Below are positions 1 to 12,797 of a stretch of DNA of 64,000 bases, piece after piece. The notes beneath the pieces were generated by a model. That model saw only the letters and a list, made by a program, of their open reading frames with translations, did no database searches and had not been told where the DNA came from. The position numbers and the translations under genes are program-made. The first letter of the stretch is position 1; each line of letters begins with the position of its first letter. Source of the DNA: Felis catus (lineage: Eukaryota); NCBI RefSeq assembly GCF_018350175.1, contig NC_058383.1, forward strand, positions 15,750,001 through 15,814,000, in the 5' to 3' direction.

Positions 1-106
1 TCTGATCTTATACTCTAATAAAGTTTTGCCTGCTGATTTTAGTTGTGTTGACCTCTTCATTCTTCAAAGCAGGAGACAACAAACTCTGGTAAAAAATCCT
101 GCAACA
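1..106 (+). mobile_element. 3' end of an LTR, cut by the window edge
   Basis: AATAAA at 17 followed by a U5-like segment ending in ...aaatcctgcaaCA. Confidence 0.5.
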
Positions 107-750
107 GCATATTTGCTATAACAAATAGTTTTCCCAAGTGGCTATACTAGTTTACACTCCCACCAACATTAAGAATTCCAGTTGTTTCATATCCTTGCCA
201 ACACTATGTATTGTCCAACCATTTAATACTAACCATTGTGGTGCATATGTAGGCGTATCTCACTATGGTTTTAATTTGCATTTCCTATTGACTAATAATG
301 GTAAGCCCACTCTTTTATTTACTTATTTTTTTATGCAGAATTAGAATGGTGAAAAGATCTCACTTCATTAACCTATTCAAAAATTATATGCTGGATGAAG
401 GAAAACAGCAGGACTCCTGAAAAGTGGAGAGAAGTGATGCAAGTGATCTTTGAAAGACTTCCTTTTTCTAAGGACCATCTTGGCCAGCGCTGAGTCAACC
501 TATGGGACTTTACCCATGTTCTTTAATTTTTATATAGATTCAAGTCCAGTGTTCTTTCATTTCATCCTGAAGCATTTGTTGTAGGCAGATCAACTGCTGA
601 CAAATTCTCTTGCTTTTTACGTGCAAAGATTGTCTCATTTCTTCTTCATTTCTGAAGGGCAGTTTTGGCAGATAAAGAATTCTTAGTTGAGTTCTGCCTT
701 TCAGCACTGTGAATATGCATCTCACGCATTCCGGAATCCATGGTTTCTTC

Positions 751-935
751 TTTTTTTTTTTTTCTAAATGTTTATTTATTTTTGAGAGAGAGAGACAGCA
801 AGTAGGGGAGGGGTGGGGGGGTGGGTAGGGGGGACAGAGGATCTTCAGTAGGCTCTGCACTGATAACAGAGAGCCCAATGCATGAGATCATGACCTGAGC
901 CAAAGTCAGATGCTTAACTGACTGAGCCACCCAAG
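751..935 (-). mobile_element. Can-SINE
   Basis: Reverse-complement SINE body and tail. Confidence 0.85.
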
Positions 936-985
936 AAACCATGGTTGCTAATGAAAATGAAGTTTTTACTCTTATTAAGAATCCC

Positions 986-1212
986 GCGTCGCCTGGGTGG
1001 CGCAGTCGGTTAAGCGTCCGACTTCAGCCAGGTCACGATCTCGCGGTCCGGGAGTTCAAGCCCCGCGTCAGGCTCTGGGCTGATGGCTCAGAGCCTGGAG
1101 CCTGTTTCCGATTCTGTGTCTCCCTCTCTCTCTGCCCCTCCCCTGTTCATGCTCTGTCTCTCTCTGTCCCAAAAATAAATAAACGTTGAAAAAAAAAATT
1201 AAAAAGAAAAAA
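986..1212 (+). mobile_element. Young SINEC_Fc-type SINE
   Basis: A and B boxes, (CT)n, AATAAA tail. TSD aagaatccc at 977-985 and 1213-1221. Confidence 0.95.
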
Positions 1213-1727
1213 AAGAATCCCTTGTAGGCCATGGATCCTTTTTCTTGCTGCTTTAAAGATTCTCTTTGTCTTCTGAAGTTTGATGATGATGCGTCTATGT
1301 GTGGATCTCTTTGGTTTTATCCTACTTGGGAGTTCGATGAACTTCCTGGATGAGTAGTTACATGTTTTTATTTTTTTCTGCTCATTTGGTATCTCTTCTC
1401 TTTGTAGGATTCCCATTATGTGTATGTTAATACATTTGATGGTATCCACAGGTTCTGTGTGTGTGTGTGTGTGTGTGTGTATACAGACATACATTTTTTT
1501 TTTCTGTTTCTCTGATTGGATAGTAGCAATTAATGTATCTATAAGTTTGCTAGTTTCTTTCTTCTTCTAGTTCAAATCTCTTGGGCCTCATGAGTGAATT
1601 TTTCATCTTATTTATTGTCAACTCCAGAATTCCCATCTGGTTTATTATCAGAGAGAGTTCCATCTCTTTATTCTTATCCTCTATTTGGTGAAGACACTGT
1701 TCTCATACTTTAACTTTTCTAAAAAAT

Positions 1728-1939
1728 ATTTTTTTTAATGTTTATTTGTTTTTAAGAGAGAGAGAGAGTGCAAGTGGGGTAGGAACAGAGAGAGAGGGAG
1801 ACACAGAACGTGAAGCATGCCCCAGGCTCTGAGCTGTCAGTATAGAGCCTGATGCAGGAATCAAACTTACCTGAGATCATGTGAGATCATGACCTGAGCC
1901 AAAGCTGGATGCTTAACCAACTGAGCCACCCAGGCACCC
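1728..1939 (-). mobile_element. Can-SINE
   Basis: Reverse-complement SINE body and tail. Confidence 0.88.
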
Positions 1940-2350
1940 AGGAATCTATGGTTTCTAAAGAAAAGGAAGCTGTTACTCTTATTAAGACTTCCTTTCAGGC
2001 CAACTGACAGAGCCACTCAGGTGCCTCCATTTATAATTCTTGATAGGTGAGAACTTATTGCTATTTTTTGCTGTTCTGCTATTGTTTTGTTCCCCTCTTC
2101 ATCTCTTCCTGTCTTCTTTTGTTATTTGATGGTTTTATGTAATGGTTTCCTTTGAGTTTTTTTCTACCTTCTAAGTATCTATGATAGGTTTTTGTTTTTT
2201 CTTGTGGTTACAAGAATTCCATAAAATTACCTTGTAGCTATTATTTTCTGTTTTAGGTTGACAACAACTTAAGTTCAGTCATATACAAAAACTCTACACT
2301 CCCCTTCACACATACTTTTTTTTTTTTATAGTCAGAGTTTGCATCTTTAA

Positions 2351-2548
2351 AAAAATATTTTAAAATGTTTATTTAATTTTGAGAGGTGGGGGGGGGTGGG
2401 AGGGAGGGGGAGAGAGAGAGGGGGACAGAGGATCCAAAGCAGACTCTGTGCTGACAACAGACAGCCCAAGGCAGGGCTTGAACTCATGAACCATAAGATC
2501 ATAACCTGAGATGAAGTTGGACGCTTAACCGAGCCACCCAGGTGCCCC
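2351..2548 (-). mobile_element. Can-SINE
   Basis: TSD agagtttgcatcttt. Confidence 0.9.
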
Positions 2549-5500
2549 AGAGTTTGCATCTTTTAATAATGTGTATCAATTAACAAGCTTTTGTGACTAG
2601 ACATTATTCTACTTGTTCTTAATGTTTTCATCTTTTAACTTTTATATTATGATTAAAAGTAATTTATATACCACCATTACAATATTACATTGATGCTGTA
2701 CTTGACTATATATTTACCTTTACCCATGAGATTTATGCTTTCATATGGCTGTCTAGTTTGTTTTAATTTCAATTGAAAGAACTCCCTTAAGCATTTCTTG
2801 TAAGGTAGGTCTAATGGTGATGAACTCTCTCAGTTTTTGTCTGGGAAAAACTTAATCTCTCTTTCATTTTAAAAGGTTAGTTTTGCCTGACACTGAATTC
2901 CTGGTTGGCAGTTTTTTCTTCCAGAATTTTGAATATATCATCCCACCCTTTTCTGGCATGGTAAGTTTCTGCTGAGAAATCCACTGATATTCTTATGGGG
3001 GTGCCTTGTAAGTGATGAACCACTTTTCTTCTGATGCTTTCAAAGTTCTCTTTACCCTTTAATCTTTTTTGCTTTTACTTTTTAATTGAAATATAATTGA
3101 CATATAACATTGTATAAGTTTAAGGTATACAATGTCCCTAATTTTTGATTATTTTATTATAATATGCCTCAGTGTAGTTTTCTTTGGGTTGACCCTGATG
3201 GGACACTTCTGAGCTTCATGAATCTGGATTATCAATTTCCCTCGCATGATTTGGGAAATTTTCAGCTGTTATTTCTTTAAATAAGCTTTCTGTCCCTTTC
3301 TCTCTTCCTTCTCCTTCTGGGACCCCCATAACGCATATACATTTTATTTTAGTATGATGGTGTCCCATGAATCCCTTGGCTTCCTCATTCTTTATTCTCC
3401 CTTCTCTGGGTAATTTCAAATATGTCTTTGAGTTTACTTATTTTTTCTTCTGCTTAATTGAGTCTGATGTTAAAGACCTCTGTTATATTATTTCACACAT
3501 TATATTCTTCAGGTCCGGAATTTGACTCTTCCTTTTAGTGATTGCTATTTCTGTTGAACTTCTTGTTTTGTTCATGTACTGCTGCCCTGATTTTGTTGAA
3601 TTGTCTATCTATATTCTCTTGTAGCTCATCAGTTTCTTAAAAACAATTATTTTTAATTCTTTGGCAATTCATAGATCTCCATTTATTTGCAGCCAGTGAC
3701 TAAAGGGTTATTGTGTTTTCTGGTAGTTTCATGTTCACTGTTGCATGACTGTCTTTGCATCTGAAGAAGCAGTCACCCCTTCCAAACTTCATGGCCTAGC
3801 TAGAGAATGATGTCCTTTATGAGGAGATGTGAGGTCATCAGTTGGGTGAGGTGTACAGCAGCTCCAAGACCAGATGTGGGGGCATGCCAGTTCTGGGGCA
3901 AATGAGGGCACCTGGTCCCACAGTTGCATGTGTGCAGCTATGGCAAGCACCTAGTTGCATGGATGCACTTGAGCAGCTATGGTGGACTCATAATCCTTTG
4001 GACATATGGATGGGTGTTCAGTGGTACCAGTGTGTGCTGGAAGCTATGCTCAGGTTTGCCATCATGGGGGGCACTGGAGTTAGGAAGTGAGAGGGGCAGC
4101 TCTAACTCATGGATGGAAGGGGAAGTACTTGGCAGCTCCACTTCCAGGGGATGTAGCACTTCTGGTATGAGGAAGCTCTAGCTGCTGGGGTCTGCATCAG
4201 CAAAGAACACAGGAGTCCTCCGTAGCAGTAACTAGAGTTGCTGAGGTCCCTCACTCTCCCTCTTTCCCAATGAGGGGAATTCAAGGCCAAGGGAATTCCT
4301 TGTAACACCCTGCTGACCTGAAGGATGGGACAATGCAGGCAGAATGCTTTTTATCCCATTTATGCAGTCATCTCCAGTGTCTGCACTCCTCTGGTTCACT
4401 GCAGCCCCCTAACTGTAGCCCAGCATTTCCCCAGGATTATCCTTGTCTGTGATAGTTGACTTTATCATTATTTTTGTGTGGGAGTGAGGGTTAGAATCTC
4501 CTAGTCTGCCATCTTGGTGACATTACACTGCCTCATACTTTCCTTTAGTTCATTAGACATGGTTTAATTCCTTAAGGAACTATTTAAAATAGCTGATGTA
4601 AAGTTTTTGTCTACAAGTGCAATATCCAGGCTTCTTCTGAGCAGTTTCTATTGATGATTTTCCCCTTGTTTATTTGCATGCCTCATAATTTTTTGTTGAA
4701 CACTGAACATATTGAATATTATACTGTAACAATTCTGCAGATCAGATTCTCTCTCTCCCAGAGTTTCTCATCACTGATGCTTATTACGGTAATTGTTTGC
4801 TTAGAGACTCTTCAAAACCAATTTTGTAAAGGTATAGTCTATATCCTTTGCTGTGTATAGTCACTGATCTCTGTTCTGTTAGCTTGGACAGTTTTCTTTA
4901 AACCCATAGAACCCAAAAATCTCCCATTCATTGTAGAGGTACTCTGTGGGTTTGGGGGTATACCTTAAACACTCACTCAGTTCACAACTCTGTCTTAGCC
5001 TTCACTTCCTAGTTCCACAGACCTCCAAGATGAGCCAGAGGTGTGAGCTCAGGGCCCTCTCAGGTCTTCTCTAGGCACACACACAGTCCTGCCCAAGTGC
5101 ATGGCTTTCTATATACCCAAGGACACGTTGGTGTTTTCAAAGCCCCAAGGACACCTAAATCAAGGCTTTTTTTGTGTACTGTTTGCCCCACCTGTTTTCC
5201 ATTGCCTCAGGCAGCAGTAATAAAATCATTTGCTTGTAAATGTTTTTGATAAATGCTGCTCTTCCTGCTCCCAGTAGCTTTAACACTTAGCCAGTTGTGA
5301 GTCAGGAAAATAAAGACAAGAGTTTTGAGTCAGTCTTCCAGGTAGCCTCCGACCAAGGCAAAACAAATAATTATAATTCTTTGAGAACCAGGTCTGTTCT
5401 CTCAAGCACTGCGACGTAACACAGGCTCAGCTGATCTGAACAATGAGGAATGAGACTAGAGTATACTGAAATGCCACAAGCTCACTCTTCTTACTGAATT

Positions 5501-5610
5501 TCAGCTATTTTGCATGAATAAGTATTCCCCAAATTGTTGCAAACCTTTGGTTAATTACCAGAGTTCTGAAAAGTTGATTCTAACAGTTTTTGTCAGTTTT
5601 TCTCTTGCGT

Positions 5611-5833
5611 TTTTTCCTTAAGTTTATTTATTTATTTTGAGAGAGACAGAGACAGCACGAGTGGAGGAGGGGCAGAGAGACAGAGACAGAATCTTAAGCA
5701 GGCTCCACATTGTCAGTGCAGAGCCTGACACAGGACTCAAACACAGGGCTTGAACTCACAACCCATGAGATCGTGACCTGAGCTAAAACCAAGAGGTGTA
5801 TGATGCTTAACTGACTAAGCTGCCCAGGCACCC
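5611..5833 (-). mobile_element. Can-SINE
   Basis: Reverse-complement SINE, head-to-head with the SINE at 5878. Confidence 0.88.
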
Positions 5834-5877
5834 CTTTTCTGTTGCTTTTAACGAAAGAGCTAAATTTCAGATTTCTT

Positions 5878-6080
5878 GGGGTGCCTGGGTAGCTCAGTCG
5901 GTTAAGCACCTGACTTGGCTCAGGTCATGATCTCATGATTCATGAGTTCAAGCCCCACGTTGGGCTCTGTGCTGACAGCTGGAGCCTAGAGCCTGCTTTG
6001 GATTCTGGGTCTCCCTCTCTCTCTGCCCCTCCCCTACTAATGCGCTCTCTCTCTCTCAAAAATAAACATTAAAAAAATTT
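5878..6080 (+). mobile_element. Can-SINE
   Basis: TSD taaatttcagatttctt at 5861-5877 and 8871-8887. Confidence 0.92.
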
Positions 6081-8853
6081 AGCAATTATCAGGGAATACT
6101 ATGAAAAATTATATGCCAACAAACTAGACAACCTGGAAGAAATGGACAAATTTCTAAGCACTCACAGACTTCCAAAACTCAAACAGGAAGAAATAGAAAA
6201 CTTGAACCAACCCATAACCAGCGAAGAAATTGAATCAGTTATCAAAAATCTCCCAACAAATAAGAGTCCAGGACCAGATGGCTTCCCTGGGGAATCCTAC
6301 CAGACACTTAAAGCAGAGATAATACCTATCCTTCTCAAGCTGTTCCAAAAAATAGAAAGGAAAGGAAAACTTCCAGACTCATTCTATGAAGCCAGCACTA
6401 CTTTGATTCCCAAACCACACAGAGCCCCAGCAAAAAAAAAAAGAGAACTACAGGCCAATATCCTTGATGAATATGGATGCAAAATTCTCAACAAGATACT
6501 AGCAAATCAAATTCAACAGCATATAAAAAGAATTATTCACCATGATCAAGTGGGATTTGTTCCTGGGCTGCAGGGCTGGTTCAACATTCACAAATCAATC
6601 AATGTGATACTTCACATTAATAAAAGAAAAGAAAAGAACCGTATGATCCTGTCAATCGATGCAGGAAAAGCATTTGACAAAATTTAGCATCGTTTCTTAA
6701 TAAAAACCCTCAAGAAAGTCGGGATAGAAGGAACATACTTAAACATCATAAAAGCCATTTATGAAAAGCCCACAGCTAATATCATCCTCAATGAGGAAAA
6801 ACTGAGAGCTTTCCTCCTGAGATCAGAACACGACAGGGATGTCCACTCTCACCGCTGTTGTTTAATGTAGTGTTGGAAGTTCTAGCATCAGCAATCAGAC
6901 AACAAAAGGAAATCAAAGGCATCAAAATTGGCAAAGATGAAGTCAAGCTTTCACTTTTTGTAGATGACATGATAGTCTACATGGAAAACCCGATAGATGC
7001 CACCAAAAGTCTTCTAGAACTGATAAATGAATTCAGCAAAGTCGCAGGATACAAAATTAATGTACAGAAATCAGTTGCATTCTTATACACTAATAATGAA
7101 GCAACAGAAAGACAAATAAAGAAACTGATCCCATTCACAACTGCACCAACAATCATAAAATACGTAGGAATAAACCTAACCAAGGATGTAAAAGATCTGT
7201 ATGCTGAAAACTATAGAAAGCTTATAAAGGAAATTGAAGATACAAAGAAATGGAAAAACATCCCGTGCTCATGGATTCGAAAAATAAATATTGTTAAAAT
7301 GTCAATACTACCCAAAGCAATCTACACATTCAATGCAATCCCAATCAAAATTGCACCAGCATTCTTCTCGAAACTAGAACAAGCAATCCTAAAATTTGTA
7401 TGCACAAAAGACCCCGAATAGCCAAACTAATATTGAAGAAGAAGACCAAAGCGGGAGGCATCACAATCCCAGACTTTAGCCTCTACTACAAAGCTGTAAT
7501 CATCAAGACAGCATGGTATTGGCACAAAAACAGACACATAGACCAATGGAATAGAATAGAGACTCCAGAATTGGACCCACAAAAGTATGGCCAACTAATC
7601 TTTGACAAAGCAGGAAAGAATATCCAATGGAAAAAAGACAGTCTCTTTAACAAACAGTGCTGGGAGAACTGGACAGCAAGATGCAGAAGAATGAAACTAG
7701 ACCACTTTCTTACACCATTCACAAAAATAAACTCAAAATGGATAAAGGACCTGAATGTGAGACAGGAAACCATCAAAACCCTGGAGGAGAAAGCAGGGAA
7801 AAACCTCTCTGACCTCAGCCACAGCAATTTCTTACTTGACACATCTCCAAAGGCAAGGGAATTAAAAGCAAAAATGAACTTGGGACCTCATCAAGATAAA
7901 AAGCTTCTGCACTGCAAAGGAAACAATCAACAAAACTAAAAGGCAACCCACAGAATGGGAAAAGATATTTGCAAATGACTTATCAGACAAAGGGCTAGTA
8001 TCCAAGGTCTATAAAGAACTCACCAAACTCCACACCCAAAAAACAAATAATCCAGTGAAGAAATGGGCAGAACACATGAATAGACACTTCTCTAAAGAAG
8101 ACATCTGGATGGCCAACAGGCTCCTCATCAGGGAAATACAAATCAAAACCACACCGAGATATCACCTCAGGCCAGTCAAAGTGGCTAAAATGAACAAATC
8201 AGGAGACTATAGATGCTGGAGAGGATGTGGAGAAACAGGAACCCTCTTGCACTGTTAGTGGGAATGCAAACTGGAGCAGCCGCTCTGGAAAACAGTGTGG
8301 AGGTTCCTCAAAAAATTAAAAATAGATCTACCCTATGACCCAGCAATAGCACTGCTAGGAATTTACCCAAGGGATACAGGAGTACTGATGCATAGGGCCA
8401 CTTGTACCCCAATGTTTACAGCAGCACTTTCAACAGTAGCCAAATTATGGAAAGATCCTAAATGTCCATCAACTGATGAATGGATAAAGAAATTGTGGTT
8501 TATAGACACAATGGAGTACTACGTGGCAATGAGAAAGAATGAAATATGGCCCTTTGTAGCAACATGGATGGAACTGGAGAGTGTTATGCTAAGTGAAATA
8601 AGTCATACAGAGAAAGACAGATATTATATGTTTTCATTCTTATGTGGATCCCGAGAAATTTAACAGAAGACCACGGGGGAGGGGAAGGGAAAAAAAAGAG
8701 AGGGAGACTCTTAAAAACTGAGAATAAACTGAGGGTTGATGAGGGGGTGGGAGGGAGGGGAGGGTGGGTAATGGGCATTGACGAGGGCACCTGTTAGGAT
8801 GAGCACTGAGTGTTGTATGGAAACCAATTTGACAATTTCATATTAAAAAAATA
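6081..8853 (+). mobile_element. 5'-truncated feline L1 (RT to 3' end) following a SINE tail
   Basis: ORF2 fragments 6142-8663 are highly similar to the 22-28 kb copy. Several frameshifts and a 24-nt deletion near 8120. Confidence 0.95.
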
Positions 8854-9615
8854 ATAAACATCAAAAATATTAAATTTCAGATTTCTTGACTCTGCCATTT
8901 TTGCTGACATCATCTCAAAATAACAAAACTTTTAAAGCCACTTTAAAATGCATCACCCCCAGTTTCCCAATAACTCAAATATTTGTTTAGAGTTTATATT
9001 GTTGTGTGGCTATCAGGATAACCAAGACAAAATGTTTCCACTCAAGTAATATGATTTCAGTAATTTCCACATGAAATTATTAATAATTATGACACTGGAG
9101 CAGAGTCCAGAAAGCTGCAATTTTAATAAGTATTTCAGGTAGTTCTGATACTGGTTGTTTGGCTTGGACAAAAATTGCCTTGGGTTTTCTTGGCTTCTGA
9201 AACCTAAGACCGTATATTGACAAACATAAGCGTATGTAAACATAAATGTATTACAAAGACCTGGCCTAAAACTGGGCAGTTGGGACAGGAGAGAGTACTG
9301 TAGAAAACAATATACTAACTGCAAGAGAGGAAGAAGGGGGCATGAACTTTTGCATCTGTTCACAAGTATTCTTGATCCTAGTTTTGTCAATACTAGAAAA
9401 ACGCCTTGAAAAGGTTCAGATGTTATTGCCTCAGAGAAACCTTCCTTGTTCTCTATCTAAATTGGCAACCCCACCTCTACCCCAGAATTTTAATTCATTT
9501 AATAACATAATGGTTTTTTAAAATACTTCCCAACCTGTGTTTCCTTGTCAGGAAGCTGGTTACTCTTTCCCTGTATCACACCTGCCATTATGCCTTAAAG
9601 AAACTGGCAGAGGTA

Positions 9616-9846
9616 GGGCATCTGGGTGGCTCAGTCAGTTTAAGCATCTGGCTCTTGATTTCAGCTCAGGTCATGATCTCAGGATCATGAAATCGAGCCC
9701 CACATGGGGCTAGGTGTAGAGCCTGCTTGATATTCGTATCTCCCCCCCTCCTCCCGCCCCTCCCCTGCTTGTACGTGCACACTCTCAAAAAACATAAAAT
9801 AAAATAAGAGTCGGACACTCAACCAACTAAGCCACCCAGGTGCCCC
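9616..9846. mobile_element. Can-SINE (+) followed by an inverted SINE head fragment (9806-9846)
   Basis: SINE head occurs on both strands. Confidence 0.8.
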
Positions 9847-10289
9847 AGGGAACGGAGGGTTCTTAGCAGAATTTTACTAACTGCAAAAATACTATGAGAA
9901 AGGGGTTTGCCTTAGGGAAGGCAAAGAGATTCTATAGCTGAGGGCTGTAGGTCTTACTGTCCAAATAGGATAGCCAGACCTCTCACAGTTAATATGAGTC
10001 AAGATGGGGGCCAGTGCAGCAGGGAGAACCACCGAACCATGGTGGAGCTAGAAAGAGAGATCATGACTTAACTGGCTGTAGAATGCAGCAGCACATATCA
10101 GCAGGACAAGCGGCAATCAGGTGGACAGGGATACCAATATCTCAGAGATCAATAAGGACTCAGAGCATAACAAGACTACACACAGTCACCTATTCTTTGT
10201 CAACATATGTAATCTAAGAAAGGTTAGGTGGTTCTCTCCCTGCATTTATACTACTAGTAATAGATGGAGTAGTGGTAGTGGTATGAATA

Positions 10290-10500
10290 ACAATAGCTAA
10301 TGTACTTTTATAGCACTTATTATATGCCAAGCATTGTCCTAAGATTTCTACATATGTTAATTCACTAAAATCTCACAACAACCATTTGAGGTAAGCACCA
10401 AAATTATCACCATTTTACAGATGAAGAAACTGAAGCATAAAGAGGTATGGCTCAAAGCCCCACAATTAGTAAGTGGTAAAGCCAGGATATGAACCCAATT
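10290..10500 (-). mobile_element. MIR SINE
   Basis: Core cattttacagatgaagaaactgaagc. Confidence 0.8.
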
Positions 10501-11747
10501 TGACAACATATGTATTAGGAGAAAATAGATGTATCAAATGTGTTTTTTTTTATGTATGAAAATGACAAACACTTAATTCAGAATGAGTCCCACAGAGATT
10601 TTTCTAGTTAAAAAAAAAAAAAAATCAAGGTGTTATATGCCTCTGGAACCAGGACAACATAAAAAAGTAGGAAAAGGAGAAAAGAGATAGTTATCAGTTG
10701 CCTCCAATTTAAAGGTGGTCACTGATCTATCAAATGATTGTTACAGGACAAAACTGATACACTGGGAAATACAGCAAGTTAGCACATGAATTTATAAATA
10801 TTTCATGAACTCAGAGATACAGTGGTGACTACAGGTGACCAGTCTAAGCAATATAAAAGACTTGAGATTAAAATAAAGAGCTCTTCTCTTTTAAAGGATC
10901 ATACTAAAATACCTATAAGTAAAATGCTTTAAAATAATCCAGTGGGAAACACTATTTGAAACAATTAAAAAAAACTCCACACAACACATGACAAAACAGT
11001 TCAAATGTTGGACATCAGGAATTAAAGAGCAATGATCCCTGAGAGATGGGGAACAAATAAGGTAAGCCTTCTGATTGCCCCAGATCTTCCCTTCAGAGGT
11101 TTACAGGCTGTGGTACAAGGGGAACCCAAGTGGAGCTTGGTGGATTCCCCAAATTGAGGAAATGGGAGTTTCAAGTCAGAGAAAATCTGTGTGGTTAGTC
11201 TGAAGGGCAGAGAATCAAAGAGGAGAAAGGTGCACAGAGAGAATTTGGAGATCTGCGAAGGAGAAAGAATTATCTGAAATAATAACAAGGAACTGCATCT
11301 AGGACTCACACAGGGCTGGGAATAGTACCTGGTCCCACCACATGAAATGGAAAAACTCCTATTTCATCAGATATTGGTAGAGTACTCAGGAAGGTCTTTG
11401 ACTCAAGACTGGGGAATAATTACTCCTAGACGAAGTACTTCTTCAGACTTAACTAACAAATCAGAAAATTAAAATACAAAGATCAAACTGCTCAAATAAT
11501 TTAATAGCATCCCAGAATAAACCTAAAGAATATTTATAGAAAAACAAAAATACCCAGCACCCAACAAAGTAAAATCCATATCTGGCATCAAGTCAAATAT
11601 TATCAGGCATGCAAAGAAGCAGGAAAATACAACACATAAGAAAAATAATCAACCAAAACTGGCAGAGATACTAGAATAGTAACAGATAAACACATTAAAA
11701 GCTATGCAATATGCTCATGGAATAGTTATACAAGTATACAAGACATG

Positions 11748-12520
11748 TGTGACACTGTGATTTATAAGAAATACAGGTTTGGTCTTCACCACTCATTTTG
11801 TGAAAGAGCTCCTAAAACTCTTAGACTTTCTTAAGTAACCAGAGGAATACCGGTGTCTTTACTTCTGTTAATGAAGTGAATTTTTGAAAGCCCCTAGGTT
11901 TTCAAAGGATGGGGGCTAGTCGCCAGGGGAACCAAATGTGTGATCTAAGGGTTGGAACTTTCAATTCCACACCTCAATCTCCTAGAAGGGGAGAGAGGCT
12001 GGTGACTGATAGCCAATAATTTAATCAATCGCACCTATGTCATGAAGTCTCCATAACAGCCCAAAAGGACAGGTTCAGAGAGCTTCCAAGTTGGTGAATG
12101 CATCCATATACCTGCAGGGTGGATACCTCAAACTCCACAGGAAGAGAAGCTCTTGTGTTCAAGACCCTTCTAGACCTCACCCTATAATAAATATGTATCT
12201 CTTCATCTGGGTGGTCATTTGTATCCTTTAATAACCTTTGTAATAAAGAATAAGTAAACTGGTTTCCTGAGTTCTGTGAGCGGCTCTAGCAAATTAATAG
12301 ATCCAATGAGGGGAATGTGGGAACCTCCAATTTGTAGCCAGGAGCACAGGTGACAATGTAGACTTATGACTGGCACCTGAGGAGGAAGCAGTCTTGTGGG
12401 TCCAGTGATATGACACTTCCCAGAGAGACAGTGCCAGAATTGAGTGAAATTTGTGAGATACTTCATCAGTGTCCTTTGAGAACTGGAAAACTGCTTGGAG
12501 GTGTGGCAAAAACACACATA
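11748..12520 (+). mobile_element. MER21-like LTR
   Basis: Begins tgtgacactgtgatttataagaaat. Recognisable blocks agagctcctaaaac and tttcctgagttctgtgagc...ctagcaaatta. Confidence 0.75.
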
Positions 12521-12614
12521 GTGGAACACAGAAGATATAAAAGGCCCAAATCAAATTGTGAATTATGAAAATTCTGAGTTGAAAAATAAACAAGATAGTT
12601 ATGGCAGATCACAT

Positions 12615-12797
12615 ATTTCTTTTTTTTTTCAACGTGTATTTATTTTTGAAGAGAGAGAGAGCAAGGGAGAGGCAGAGACAGAGGGGGACAGAGGATCCAA
12701 AGCAGGATCTGCACTGAGAGCACAGAACCCAATGCCTGTGAGATCATGACCAGAGCTGAAGTCAGACGCTTAGCTGACTGAGCCACCCAGGCGCCCC
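12615..12797 (-). mobile_element. Can-SINE
   Basis: Reverse-complement SINE. Confidence 0.85.

Larger units (their letters stand above)
1712..4524 (-). mobile_element. Old L1 5' half (5'UTR, ORF1, spacer) bounded by its own TSD
   Basis: The 5' end reads CAAGATGGCAGACTAG. ORF1 remnant MGVPEGEGREKGTESLFKEITAENFPN at 3216-3419. Repeat acactg(tt/c)ctcatacttt at 1694-1711 and 4525-4541. Confidence 0.7.
540..5610 (-). mobile_element. Old L1M 5'/ORF1 region, interrupted by SINEs and by a second old L1 at 1712-4524
   Basis: Minus-strand translations resemble ORF1 (LRILYLPKLPFRNEEE; IIIKLQKTKRIFKAAR). Confidence 0.7.

Noticed and set aside
941..1189. Recurrent ORFs ending ...HALSLSVPKINKR or starting MGQRETEHERGRG (also 35946, 44650, 49378, 63052)
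   Set aside because: These are translations of SINE bodies, not a gene family.
5878..5960. tRNA genes suggested by A/B boxes
   Set aside because: All such boxes are tRNA-derived SINE heads followed by (CT)n and A tails.
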